Below, one piece after another: positions 29,287 through 38,626 of a DNA stretch of 64,000 nt (within the stretch, counting starts at the first letter, position 1; every line of letters starts with the position of its first letter). A program made the translations under genes and the position numbers. The notes beneath the pieces are model-generated. The model was not told where the DNA came from, searched no databases, and saw only the letters and a program-made list of their open reading frames with translations. This DNA comes from Poseidonia sp. (GTDB lineage Archaea; Thermoplasmatota; Poseidoniia; Poseidoniales; Poseidoniaceae). The stretch covers positions 3,649 to 67,648 of the forward strand of contig JADHPT010000002.1 in NCBI GenBank assembly GCA_016778305.1, read 5' to 3'.

Positions 29287-30213
29287 ATGACACAAACAAT
29301 TGTAATTGCAGAAATGACAACCGACGGTGTGCACCCGAGCACAGCAGAACTGATCTCAGCAGCCATGACCTTCGGAGGCGAACCAACGCTCGTTGTACCG
29401 TGTACCGATGCTGCGCATGCTGATTCAGCGGCAAATATGGGCGCTGGAAGTATCCTTGCAGCAAAATCTGACGTTTTCGCCAACTACGACGCAGCATCTT
29501 GGGCCGCAGCAATTGATGCCATTGCACCCTCAGGGATCATCATTACTTCAGCCAGCCCTCAGTCAAAAGACCTTGCAGCCCGCATAGCGGCAAAGCGCAA
29601 CATCTCTGTTGTTCAAGACGCCGTGCGCATTGACAACAACACGGTTACATCTCCAATTTATTCGGGAAAGGCCATGCAAAGCGTCGCACTCAACGGCCCA
29701 ACCGTGATATCCGTCCGTTCAAACATCTTCGCAGCCGCCACAGGAGGTGCAACCAGCGCATCGGTTCTCGATACGACCGGTAATATCGCAACCTCCGTTC
29801 AAGAATTCATGGCTCGTGCATCACAACGCCTCGATGTCTCTGAAGCAAATATCATCATTTCCGGTGGCCGTGGAATGGGCAACCCAGATAATTTCAGCCA
29901 CCTCGAAGCGATTGCAGACACAATTGGTGCAGCTGTAGGAGCTTCTCGAGCTGCCGTTGATACGTGGGAGCCAATCCCTCATTCCATGCAGGTTGGACAA
30001 ACCGGGAAAACCGTCAATCCGAACCTCTACATCGCGGTTGGAATTTCTGGTGCCATTCAGCACCTTGCAGGAATGCGTTCATCAAAATACATCGTGGCCA
30101 TCAACAAGGATGCAGACGCTCCCATTTTCCAACATGCAGATTACGGCATCGTTGCTACATGGGAAGAAGCACTTCCAGTGCTTCATGAATCCCTCAAGGC
30201 AATGATGGCCTGA
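29287..30213 (+). CDS. etfA: Electron transfer flavoprotein alpha subunit.
   Basis: C-terminal FAD-binding region IIISGGRGMG...PNLYIAVGISGAIQHLAGM. Confidence 0.85.
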   Translation: MTQTIVIAEMTTDGVHPSTAELISAAMTFGGEPTLVVPCTDAAHADSAANMGAGSILAAKSDVFANYDAASWAAAIDAIAPSGIIITSASPQSKDLAARIAAKRNISVVQDAVRIDNNTVTSPIYSGKAMQSVALNGPTVISVRSNIFAAATGGATSASVLDTTGNIATSVQEFMARASQRLDVSEANIIISGGRGMGNPDNFSHLEAIADTIGAAVGASRAAVDTWEPIPHSMQVGQTGKTVNPNLYIAVGISGAIQHLAGMRSSKYIVAINKDADAPIFQHADYGIVATWEEALPVLHESLKAMMA

Positions 30214-31008
30214 TCAAGCGTACTTTCCAAAGCCGTAGATGCCAGAACCCGCATCATCGCCAACGAATGGATTCGTTTTCCGTTCCTGCCCAATGGTTGT
30301 GAGAGGGCCGTGACCGGGGTGTACCACTGTTTCAAGATCAAGCGGCCATAGTTGTTGATGGATTGAGGAGGCGAGAAGCTCAAAATCTCCTCCCGAATGT
30401 GCAATATCCGTTCGCCCTACAGATCCAGCAAAGAGTGTATCACCAACGAAAACATGGTCCGGGCCTCCTTCACATCGTACGAGGAGACAACATCCGCCGA
30501 GGGTGTGGCCTGGCGTGTGCAATATTTCGAGTTCAATACTACCGAAATGGTAGGTTTTACCACCTTCAAAGGCCATATCTGCTTTGGCTGGCTCAGGCAG
30601 CGTCATACCGTACCTCAACGCGGAGGTTTGGGCCAAGGTTTGGAGGAAGTTATCATCGGCGTGAAGGTACCAGTCAACCCCATAATGCGCTTTGAGGGTA
30701 GGAATGAAGCCACTGTGGTCAAAATGTGCGTGGGTATTGACCAGAGCAACGACTCGGCGTTTTGGGATCTTACTTCCCTCATCCGCATCGATGGATTTGG
30801 GCCCTGTTGACCAATCTGGACCCCGCCCTTCATGTCGGTCGACCCACGCGATAATTCGTTCAGGTTCATCTCCGCCGTCAATGATGATGGTATCTCCGGT
30901 AGAACGGTCGGTCACAACCGAGCAGCGCATCTGGAGAGGACCAACGAAAAAATGGTCAATCCATGGATTGGTGAGCCCCATAGCAGATGCGAGAACAGCA
31001 TCCTTCAT
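30214..31008 (-). CDS. MBL-fold metallo-hydrolase.
   Basis: THAHFDH (HxHxDH) motif. Confidence 0.7.
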   Translation of the reverse strand: MKDAVLASAMGLTNPWIDHFFVGPLQMRCSVVTDRSTGDTIIIDGGDEPERIIAWVDRHEGRGPDWSTGPKSIDADEGSKIPKRRVVALVNTHAHFDHSGFIPTLKAHYGVDWYLHADDNFLQTLAQTSALRYGMTLPEPAKADMAFEGGKTYHFGSIELEILHTPGHTLGGCCLLVRCEGGPDHVFVGDTLFAGSVGRTDIAHSGGDFELLASSIHQQLWPLDLETVVHPGHGPLTTIGQERKTNPFVGDDAGSGIYGFGKYA

Positions 31009-32690
31009 GAGGTTGAGCCTTGGATGATGTTCACCGTCAATTGATCGGTAGTCCAAGCCCCTTCTTTGTCCACAACGCGTAATTCGAACCGGTGAGCACC
31101 AACGGGAAGTTTCAATTTAAGTTGGGGTGAACTTGCAAGTTCCTGTCCACGGTCGTCCAACCATGCCCACGATACGATTTGATTGTGGGGGTCTGAGGTA
31201 CCACGTGCATCAAGCAACACAATCGCAGTCCCTTGTTCATCCGCAACGTGCCGTTGGTCATCTCCAGCCAAAGCCTGAGGGCGGTGAACATCCTGAACTG
31301 GAGCAGCCATTGAATTCAAGATCATATCATGAATTTCATCATCATCTGTGGTTGAATCGTTGGTTAATTCATCGAACAGTTGTTCTGCCGATTCAAAGGA
31401 TGATTTATTGGATGATTCAGACACCTGTTCCTCCATTGCAGCTAATAAAAAAGCGAGATTATCGTCTTCTCGATCGTCTTGATCCATGGCATCTCGTTCA
31501 TTCTGGGTGAGATGTGCATAAACTTCGGATTGATCCTTTGCATACAAGACATCAGCGCTGACATGTTCCGTTTCAGGTGTATGTTCAAACCAAAGAGAAA
31601 GTTCTGTCTGGTCAACTTCTATCAACTCAGAACGAAGCAGCAGGCGACCAATGGGTTCCGCATCGGTGTAGTCGTTCTGGTCCTCACCTGCAAAAAAGAG
31701 CGTTGAGTCCTGTTCTCTAAGGGCCAAGTGCGACGGCATGCCTTGGTGCTCCACCTTCCAGATGACTCCATCGTCGTTCCCATGGATGTAAAACCATGAA
31801 GCAGCCATGATTTGGCCTTGGTGGTGGAGGAGGGAAATAACAGGATGACCGGTGTCCATAATCAATTCCATCTGGCCGTCTTCCTGAAGGCAGAAAACAT
31901 GGCCGTTGTCGAAGCCAAGTACAGCACCCAAAGGGTGGTGATTAGAAGTAAGCATTCGCATACTTAGGTCGCTGCGTTGTATTAATTGATCTCCACTCCA
32001 CAACTCAAATTCAATTGCTTCCTCTTCACCCGCTACCAAAGCATGCCCTTCCCTTGTCAAAAAGAACGAACCATGGAGCGTTGTTCCAACGGAGGTGATA
32101 CGTTCACCAATGTCGCCTCGTTGTGGGCGAGTCCAAAGTAAATCAGATTCGTTAACAGCCACAATAGAACCGTTATGCTGGACGATGTAAAGGTGGTTTT
32201 TGGCAACATGCAACATCGAACAGTCTCCGAGGCGGTGACGTTGAGTCAGTGATTCAAGAGGGCGCTGGTATTGACCAAGCAATACAGAACCCATGCCGTC
32301 GAGGATGACAATACGTATGCCCCATGAATAGCAAGCCTGAACACCTGCATCAACGGGTTGGTGCTGAAGCAATTCACCGTCAAGTCCGTGAATAGAAAAA
32401 CCTTCAATCTCATCGGCAATGATGAGTTGAGAACGATGGAAATGGAGGGCACTCACTGTTTGAGAGTGATTGATGACCTTGATCGTTTCGAGGGTGTTGT
32501 CTTCCATGATTGCAGCGAGGAGTACCTTACTTTTACCCTCACTCCATGCGAGATATGTCCCCTCCTCACTGATGGTGAGATGGTGGATTTTTTCATCTGG
32601 CCGAACAAGTGGCGTCACTTGTCGGGTGAAGGTCATGGTGGTTCTTGCGGGCACATGGTTGAAAAGCACTCCCTGTAAGTGCGTATTCAA
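31005..32690 (-). CDS. Beta-propeller-like protein with an acidic linker and a C-terminal PKD/Ig-like domain.
   Basis: Repeated blade-like segments. The C-terminal segment VSWAWLDDRGQ...HRFELRVVD is PKD-like. No obvious signal peptide. Confidence 0.45.
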   Translation of the reverse strand: MNTHLQGVLFNHVPARTTMTFTRQVTPLVRPDEKIHHLTISEEGTYLAWSEGKSKVLLAAIMEDNTLETIKVINHSQTVSALHFHRSQLIIADEIEGFSIHGLDGELLQHQPVDAGVQACYSWGIRIVILDGMGSVLLGQYQRPLESLTQRHRLGDCSMLHVAKNHLYIVQHNGSIVAVNESDLLWTRPQRGDIGERITSVGTTLHGSFFLTREGHALVAGEEEAIEFELWSGDQLIQRSDLSMRMLTSNHHPLGAVLGFDNGHVFCLQEDGQMELIMDTGHPVISLLHHQGQIMAASWFYIHGNDDGVIWKVEHQGMPSHLALREQDSTLFFAGEDQNDYTDAEPIGRLLLRSELIEVDQTELSLWFEHTPETEHVSADVLYAKDQSEVYAHLTQNERDAMDQDDREDDNLAFLLAAMEEQVSESSNKSSFESAEQLFDELTNDSTTDDDEIHDMILNSMAAPVQDVHRPQALAGDDQRHVADEQGTAIVLLDARGTSDPHNQIVSWAWLDDRGQELASSPQLKLKLPVGAHRFELRVVDKEGAWTTDQLTVNIIQGSTS

Positions 32691-32696
32691 ACTGAA

Positions 32697-34238
32697 TCAA
32701 TTCTCTTCGTCATTGTGCATACCAATGACATCATCATCCATGTGATTCATTCCTTTTGCACCATCATTACGTGCCTCATTGAGCCGTTCAAGATAAGCAG
32801 CATCGATATCGCCCGTGATGTATTCTCCATCAAAACAACTCGCATCAAAGGCTGTGATTTCAGGATTTTCCATGCGTGTAACATCAATCAGATCCTCGAG
32901 TGACTGATAGAATAATTTGTCACTTCCAATCGTGGCGCTGATCTCATCAATCGTCTTTCCATCTGCGATGAATTCTTTCACAGCCGGCATGTCAATGCCG
33001 TACACATTGGGATGGCGTACAGGAGGAGCAGCCGATGCGAAGTAAACCTTGGAGGCTCCGACATCGCGTGCCATCTCGATGATTTGCGCACTCGTGGTAC
33101 CACGTACGATCGAATCGTCTACCAGGAGAACATTTTTTCCAAGGAATTCATGCTCAATAGCGTTGAGTTTACGACGCACTGATTTTTCACGCAGTGCTTG
33201 ACCTGGCATGATAAAGGTTCGACCGACATAACGGTTTTTCACGAACCCTTCTCGGTAGGGTAAGTCCAGAGATTTGGCCATCTGCAAGGCTGCAATCCGA
33301 CCTGAATCTGGGATGGGTATGACGACATCAATATCGTGATCTGGCCATTCTTCCAGTAAACGCTGTGCAAGACGTTCCCCTTGATTCCTGCGCGCTTGGT
33401 AGACTGAGATACCATCGATGACCGAATCGGGCCGAGCGAAATAGACGTGTTCAAAGATGCATGGCGAGTAAATCGAGGCTTCAGCACACTGACGTGTGAA
33501 GAGGTGGCCTGATGAACTGATGAAAATTGCTTCACCAGGAGCAACATCCCTCACGACTTCAAACCCGAGCGCTGTAATAGCGACCGATTCACTCGCAACA
33601 ATGTATTCAGATCCTTCATCGGTGATGCGCTGCCCGTAGATCAGTGGACGAATGCCGTTCGGGTCTCGGAACGCCAACAATCCGTAACCAGCAATAACTG
33701 ATACACATGCATAGCCACCGCGGATGTGCTCGTGAACAGCCGAAACCGCTCCAAACACTGCCTCGATGTTCATGTGCGGATCGCCTTCGATTTTCAGCGC
33801 CCTCGAACGCTGACCGAGTTCGACTGCGAGGATATTGAGTAGCAATTCAGAATCACTTGAGGTGTTGATATGTCTCATGTATTCGTCACGTAGCATGACG
33901 GAGAGTTCATCGGCATTGGTCAGATTGCCATTATGAGCCAAAGCAATGCCGTATGGGGAATTCACGTAGAAGGGTTGAGCCTCTGCACGAGATGAGGAGC
34001 CAGCTGTGGGATAGCGGACATGCCCGATACCGACATTCCCTTCTAATCGCATCATGTGGCGCTTGAAAAACACGTCTGAGACCAATCCATTGGATTTCCT
34101 GAGACGGAAATTCCCGCCGGTGTCGGTGAGTATACCAGCAGCATCCTGTCCCCTATGTTGCAAAACAGTGAGCCCGTCATAGAGCAGTTGATTGACATGG
34201 TGGCCTTGACGACCTACAATGCCAAGAATGCCGCACAT
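32697..34238 (-). CDS. purF: Amidophosphoribosyltransferase.
   Basis: MCGILGI N-terminal nucleophile start. Gln amidotransferase type 2 domain plus PRTase domain. Confidence 0.9.
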   Translation of the reverse strand: MCGILGIVGRQGHHVNQLLYDGLTVLQHRGQDAAGILTDTGGNFRLRKSNGLVSDVFFKRHMMRLEGNVGIGHVRYPTAGSSSRAEAQPFYVNSPYGIALAHNGNLTNADELSVMLRDEYMRHINTSSDSELLLNILAVELGQRSRALKIEGDPHMNIEAVFGAVSAVHEHIRGGYACVSVIAGYGLLAFRDPNGIRPLIYGQRITDEGSEYIVASESVAITALGFEVVRDVAPGEAIFISSSGHLFTRQCAEASIYSPCIFEHVYFARPDSVIDGISVYQARRNQGERLAQRLLEEWPDHDIDVVIPIPDSGRIAALQMAKSLDLPYREGFVKNRYVGRTFIMPGQALREKSVRRKLNAIEHEFLGKNVLLVDDSIVRGTTSAQIIEMARDVGASKVYFASAAPPVRHPNVYGIDMPAVKEFIADGKTIDEISATIGSDKLFYQSLEDLIDVTRMENPEITAFDASCFDGEYITGDIDAAYLERLNEARNDGAKGMNHMDDDVIGMHNDEEN

Positions 34239-34296
34239 AGGTTCGCCTCATGTTCACGAGAAGGTGATGCCTTCTTATCGTTGCGATGCCGAAGCG

Positions 34297-34476
34297 TCAG
34301 GCCTTGGGTCGGTGAGACTTCTTTGCCCAGTTGTACTTGCGAATGCGAGATGATTCGCCGTATCCACAGGAGGCACAGACACTTTTTTGCTTGTGATATG
34401 CATTACGGCCACAGCGTCGACATCGAATGTGCGTGGTCTTTTGCCGCTTACCCATTGATGGAGTACCCTTTGACAT
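34297..34476 (-). CDS. rpl37e: Ribosomal protein L37e (59 aa). Absent from the ORF track, which lists no ORF under 60 aa.
   Basis: Minus-strand translation gives [59 protein letters not shown]. This is the classic L37e C4 zinc-ribbon protein. GGTGA lies upstream. Confidence 0.8.
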   Translation of the reverse strand: MSKGTPSMGKRQKTTHIRCRRCGRNAYHKQKSVCASCGYGESSRIRKYNWAKKSHRPKA

Positions 34477-34548
34477 GATATCACCTGAACGACTTGCCCA
34501 CCGACCACCCCCTTATGAAATAAGCGGAGCGGTTCAAGCGAGCCAAAT

Positions 34549-35016
34549 TCACTCTTCCTCAAACTCGAGACGAGCAGGGGGCGTGTGCATGAGTGATGCA
34601 AAAAGCATCCCGAAGACGATCACTGCAGCGACAACACAGGCAATCACGGTCGTTGAAAAGCGGATGACGTTGCTCAATGCCTGAGCACGTACCGAGCCGT
34701 TATCCTCCATGAGCAGATCCCCCTGCGAGAGGAAGAAGAGAGTAAGAGCAGTTCCGAAAACACCGCAAAGAAGCATGCCCAAAAAGGGAGCCAGCGGTCG
34801 CTTTCTCGCATCGCCATAAACAAAGAGTGTGAGCAAGAGAAGGAAGGAGATCATCGTGAAGGAAGTCAACATTGAGTTTGCAAATCGAATCGAGGTTCCA
34901 TCCCCAATGCCGGGATGCAGGCCGTAGGTAAGGCCGAGCAATGTACTCGGGATAACAATGGACGCAAGCAAAAGATTCCTAAGCGTGTTCATTCCTGTGC
35001 GTTCACTCATCTTCAC
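34549..35016 (-). CDS. Small polytopic membrane protein.
   Basis: 155 aa with four hydrophobic helices. Confidence 0.45.
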   Translation of the reverse strand: MKMSERTGMNTLRNLLLASIVIPSTLLGLTYGLHPGIGDGTSIRFANSMLTSFTMISFLLLLTLFVYGDARKRPLAPFLGMLLCGVFGTALTLFFLSQGDLLMEDNGSVRAQALSNVIRFSTTVIACVVAAVIVFGMLFASLMHTPPARLEFEEE

Positions 35017-35860
35017 TCACCTCCCCCACGTGCTTGGCGATGTGCTTTGCAGCCTCAACCAATTGTTGGTTGGTTGGAGGATCCAATTGTTTGGGAAGCG
35101 GTTGCTGTGTTTCATAGACTGCCAGAACCACTGCGAAAAGGAGAATGGCCAGAGTTGCTCCAACCATGAGTCCAAACACATCTGCACCAGCGAGCCAAAA
35201 TTCCTCTGCAAATTGAGTTGTTTCTACATTGGGGCCATCTCGCAAAAGTGCGAGCATAACCAATAGCGAGGTGAATGCGAAAAGCGTCAAAAGAAGACGC
35301 TGTTCTTGGTTGCGTTCGTCTCCAACGATCTTGACAATGTAATAAACAACGAAGGAGAGAGAAGCTGTAACGAGAAGAAGTGTTGGCCAAAAAATAAGCC
35401 AGTAACGATTGATTTCATCAGGATAGGTGGGCGTCAATACCCACCAGTGCATTCCCTCGAACCAAAGCATGGCGATCAATACCATGGCAAAGCCTGCCCG
35501 CCTATCGCCTTCGCTGAGGCGACCGACGGGCACATGCCCTGAAAAGGCGATGTTGTAAAGGCCGACACCGAGAAGCACTGACGGGCCCAAGATGCTGCCA
35601 AGAAAGTGACCAAATGCGCTTGAAGGTGAAAATGTGAGCGTCCAGGGAGTGGCGAGAATTGAAAGAGTTCCGAGGGCCATGAAGACCATGCCAAAACGGC
35701 GCGTAGTGCCATGTTTAGAGAAAAATCCGAGCATCAGCCCAACAATGATTGCCAGTCCCGCTAGCCAGAAGAGAAGGAAGGCTTGAAAGGACTCTTCCAT
35801 GACCAATGCAATTGGAAAGGACTTATAGAGAATCCCTTGAACTTGAACGCAGTGCTCCAT
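35003..35860 (-). CDS. Polytopic membrane protein (285 aa).
   Basis: Multiple TM helices. It overlaps the downstream membrane gene by 14 bp. Confidence 0.45.
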   Translation of the reverse strand: MEHCVQVQGILYKSFPIALVMEESFQAFLLFWLAGLAIIVGLMLGFFSKHGTTRRFGMVFMALGTLSILATPWTLTFSPSSAFGHFLGSILGPSVLLGVGLYNIAFSGHVPVGRLSEGDRRAGFAMVLIAMLWFEGMHWWVLTPTYPDEINRYWLIFWPTLLLVTASLSFVVYYIVKIVGDERNQEQRLLLTLFAFTSLLVMLALLRDGPNVETTQFAEEFWLAGADVFGLMVGATLAILLFAVVLAVYETQQPLPKQLDPPTNQQLVEAAKHIAKHVGEVSEDE

Positions 35861-35929
35861 TTACTGACGCAACCATCTGCGGAGGGCATAAATACCCGAC
35901 CCTAGTGGGCTGAATGCTTAGGTGTTCAC

Positions 35930-36214
35930 ATGGTCAAGCGTCCTCGTCAAGTCAAGCGTTACAGCCCTTCAGCGGGCAAGCACACAATGCATACTGTTGA
36001 GCGTGTCAAGAAGAGGCGAGCCTCTGAATTGCGCTGGGGTCAACGACGATTCCGTCGTGTCATGGCAGGATACCGTGGTTTCCCACGTCCAAAACCCGAC
36101 GGTCGTGAAAAACCTACCAAGCGTGTCAACATTCTTTACCGATGCACTGAAACCGGAAAGGCACATTATGCTCCCTGCAAGCGTGCAAAGAAGTTCGAAC
36201 TGGTCGACAAGTGA
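35930..36214 (+). CDS. rpl44e: Ribosomal protein L44e.
   Basis: Basic 94-aa protein with a C4 zinc motif and the L44e pattern. It heads the conserved L44e-S27e-aIF2alpha-Nop10 cluster. Confidence 0.85.
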   Translation: MVKRPRQVKRYSPSAGKHTMHTVERVKKRRASELRWGQRRFRRVMAGYRGFPRPKPDGREKPTKRVNILYRCTETGKAHYAPCKRAKKFELVDK

Positions 36215-36224
36215 GGTGTGAAAC

Positions 36225-36395
36225 ATGAACAACGATTTTCTGAAAGTAAATTGCCGTGACTGCGGCAGTGAATCAACGATTTATTCTCGTGCTACCACTG
36301 TAATTACCTGCGATGTTTGCAGTGCTACTCTCACTAAACCATCAGGTGGAAAGGCTGAGTTGATTGGCTGTACTGTTGTTGAAACACTCGAATAA
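36225..36395 (+). CDS. rps27e: Ribosomal protein S27e. The sequence as given appears to carry a +1 frameshift at a T-run (36360..36362).
   Basis: MNNDFLKVNCRDCGSESTIY...CDVCSATLTKPSGGKAE is a canonical S27e zinc ribbon. The in-frame read ends AEFDWLYCC* at 36383. Dropping one T gives the S27e-like tail ELIGCTVVETLE* ending at 36395. Confidence 0.75.
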   Translation: MNNDFLKVNCRDCGSESTIYSRATTVITCDVCSATLTKPSGGKAELIGCTVVETLE

Positions 36396-36410
36396 GGAGG
36401 CTGAGCCTCC

Positions 36411-37199
36411 ATGAGTAACGACATCAAAAACACCCCGGACGAGGGTGAATTGGTCGTTGCCACCATCAAGACCGTCAAGCAAAATGGCGCCTACGTTGAC
36501 CTTGATGAATACAAAGGTGTAGAAGGCTTCATCTTCATTGGAGAGATTGCCAGTGGGTGGGTCAAAAACATCCGAGGCATTGTCCGTGAGGGGCAACGTG
36601 TGATCTGCAAGGTCATGCGCACTCGCCGTGACGGCTCATCAATGGAATTATCTCTCAAATCCGTCTCTGAAGAACGCCGCCGTGCTCGCCTTCAGGAGTG
36701 GAAAAACGAACAACGTGCTCAACAACTTCTGAAAGTCTTGGGTGAGAAATTATCGTGGAGTGAAGACGAACTCTCTGAACAAAAGGAAGATCTTACCCAA
36801 GCATTTGGAACACTTTACACCGCTTTCGAAGAGGCAGCCATGCAAGAAGGAGCATTGGAAAATGCTGGATTCGAAGGTGATTGGCTTCAAAACTTTATCG
36901 AATTAGCCGTTGAGAACATCATTCCCCCGTTCGTGGAGGTACGAGGTATTCTCACGCTCAGTATCAATTCCATCGACGGCGTTAAAACCATCCAGGAAGC
37001 ACTCTCTGCCGCAGAAGAACTTGCGAATGCAGAGGAAGAAACTGAAGTCAAGTGTTTCTACGATGGGGCTCCAAGTTATCGCCTTGAACTTCGGGCACCG
37101 GATTTCAAAATCGCTGAATCCCTCTGGGAAAAGGCAACGTCAATGGTCATAGACCATATGACCAAAGCAGGTGGAGAAGCATCCGCCCAAAGAGAGTGA
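36411..37199 (+). CDS. eif2a: Translation initiation factor 2 alpha subunit.
   Basis: N-terminal S1 domain (GELVVATIKTV...GFIFIGEIASGWVKNIRG). Archaeal operon context. Confidence 0.85.
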   Translation: MSNDIKNTPDEGELVVATIKTVKQNGAYVDLDEYKGVEGFIFIGEIASGWVKNIRGIVREGQRVICKVMRTRRDGSSMELSLKSVSEERRRARLQEWKNEQRAQQLLKVLGEKLSWSEDELSEQKEDLTQAFGTLYTAFEEAAMQEGALENAGFEGDWLQNFIELAVENIIPPFVEVRGILTLSINSIDGVKTIQEALSAAEELANAEEETEVKCFYDGAPSYRLELRAPDFKIAESLWEKATSMVIDHMTKAGGEASAQRE

Positions 37200-37203
37200 T
37201 CCC

Positions 37204-37437
37204 ATGGTTCGTCAACGTATGCAACAATGCCTTTCATGTGGCAAATTCTCACTCAAAATTGCCTGTCCATTCTGCGGTGAACGTGCCCAGGCTGCTGCCC
37301 CACTCAAGTGGTCGCCTGAAGACCACCGAGCCGGCCTTCGTCGAAAGATGAAACAAGTTGAAGACAAGCAGTGGACGGAGTCTCTTCCTACACTGCCTTC
37401 CCTCAAAACCATGCAAACATTGCAGGAAGAGGAATAA
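37204..37437 (+). CDS. nop10: H/ACA ribonucleoprotein component Nop10.
   Basis: CLSCGKFSL...CPFCGE zinc ribbon followed by SPEDHRAGLRR. Sits immediately downstream of aIF2-alpha, as in most archaea. Confidence 0.75.
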   Translation: MVRQRMQQCLSCGKFSLKIACPFCGERAQAAAPLKWSPEDHRAGLRRKMKQVEDKQWTESLPTLPSLKTMQTLQEEE

Positions 37438-37527
37438 GACGGTCCCAACGATAGCACCCCAAATAGCCATCATTCCTCTTGCAGGAACGTCAAACATTAT
37501 AACGCGTCTCGTTACGATTTTGAGTTC

Positions 37528-38283
37528 ATGACCCTGCATGTAGAATGGCGTGGAAACCATCAGCAACTGCCAGAACACGAGGTGCTCTTAATCGCCTTCC
37601 CCGGAATTGGAAATATCGGAAAGGTAGCCATTGAAACAATTCGTAAACTGGATGGAACCAACGAAGTCGCTCGACTCCACCCCATTGGACTTCCCCCCCT
37701 TGCCTCACTTGATGATGATGGTTTGCTCGCCCCACCCCATCTCTCTCTGAACCAAACCGTGAATCAGGACGGCCTCAGCATCTTGACACTGGTTGGATCT
37801 GCTCAACCCAACGAGCCAAGCCAACAATCCATGATGGCCACAGAATTGATGGAGTTTTTCAAGGCACAAGACGTTCACGATCTCCTTGTTTTAGCAGGTA
37901 TGATCGATGCACCAGAACGTAAAGAGACCTTTGCTGTCGCAAGTTCAGCAAGCCATCGGATCGATTTGGAACAAATGGGCGTAGACGTGCGAAGGGATGA
38001 ACCAAGATCAGGAGCAATTGGAGTCACGGCACTTCTCGCTTCAATGGGACCTCTTTACGGCATGAATTCAACCTGCATCATCACCACAACCGTAGGCTCA
38101 AGTGGGGACATCTTAGCCTCTCAGCGAATGATTGAACGAATTGATGATTGGTTCAACCTCTGCCTAACATTGCCTAAAGAGGGCAATGAATGGCTGAAAA
38201 AGAAATTAGCATCGATTGCACCGACAAATACCGAAAATCTCGTCGGTGAATTAACAGGATCTCACGATGCTTTCTACATGTGA
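37528..38283 (+). CDS. PAC2-family (proteasome assembly chaperone-like) protein.
   Basis: N-terminus LLIAFPGIGNIGKVAIE is typical of the PAC2 family. Confidence 0.55.
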   Translation: MTLHVEWRGNHQQLPEHEVLLIAFPGIGNIGKVAIETIRKLDGTNEVARLHPIGLPPLASLDDDGLLAPPHLSLNQTVNQDGLSILTLVGSAQPNEPSQQSMMATELMEFFKAQDVHDLLVLAGMIDAPERKETFAVASSASHRIDLEQMGVDVRRDEPRSGAIGVTALLASMGPLYGMNSTCIITTTVGSSGDILASQRMIERIDDWFNLCLTLPKEGNEWLKKKLASIAPTNTENLVGELTGSHDAFYM

Positions 38284-38287
38284 AGAG

Positions 38288-38370
38288 CGCCGAGAGAGGG
38301 ATTTGAACCCCCGCGTCCAAGGGACAGTGGATTTCGAATCCACCGCAATACCGGGCTATGCGACCTCGGC
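38288..38370 (-). tRNA. tRNA-Ser (anticodon CGA), class II with a long variable arm.
   Basis: Manual fold of the minus strand. Acceptor stem GCCGAGG/TCTCGGC. Anticodon stem GTGGA/TCCAC with loop TTCGAAA. Variable-arm stem GTCC/GGAC. T-arm GGGGG-TTCAAAT-CCCTC. Confidence 0.85.
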
Positions 38371-38425
38371 TCTGTGAGTTGGCTCATACGCGACGGTCAT
38401 AAGGATGATGTCGTCTCGCAATCAC

Positions 38426-38626
38426 ATGGAGATACGCTTTCATGGTCGTGATGTTGAGGTGACTGTTGATGTTGATGAAGGCACGACAGTACGGCAAGCT
38501 CTTCTGAAGGCAGACGTTCTACCTTCGATGGTCATCGTGAGTTTTGACGGTACAATCCTCCCTCACGGAACACCACTCCAACAGTCTGTTGAATTGCTCG
38601 TAACGACGATTTCTTCAGGCGGCTGA
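38426..38626 (+). CDS. ThiS/MoaD/SAMP-like ubiquitin-fold small protein ending in Gly-Gly.
   Basis: About 66 aa from the internal Met (ORF from 38405). Beta-grasp-like sequence ending ...LVTTISSGG*. Confidence 0.6.
   Translation: MEIRFHGRDVEVTVDVDEGTTVRQALLKADVLPSMVIVSFDGTILPHGTPLQQSVELLVTTISSGG

Noticed and set aside
34275-34601. 108-aa minus-strand ORF and 107-aa plus-strand ORF between purF and the membrane genes.
   Set aside because: A different minus-strand frame encodes a textbook L37e. The listed ORFs are antisense or shadow frames.
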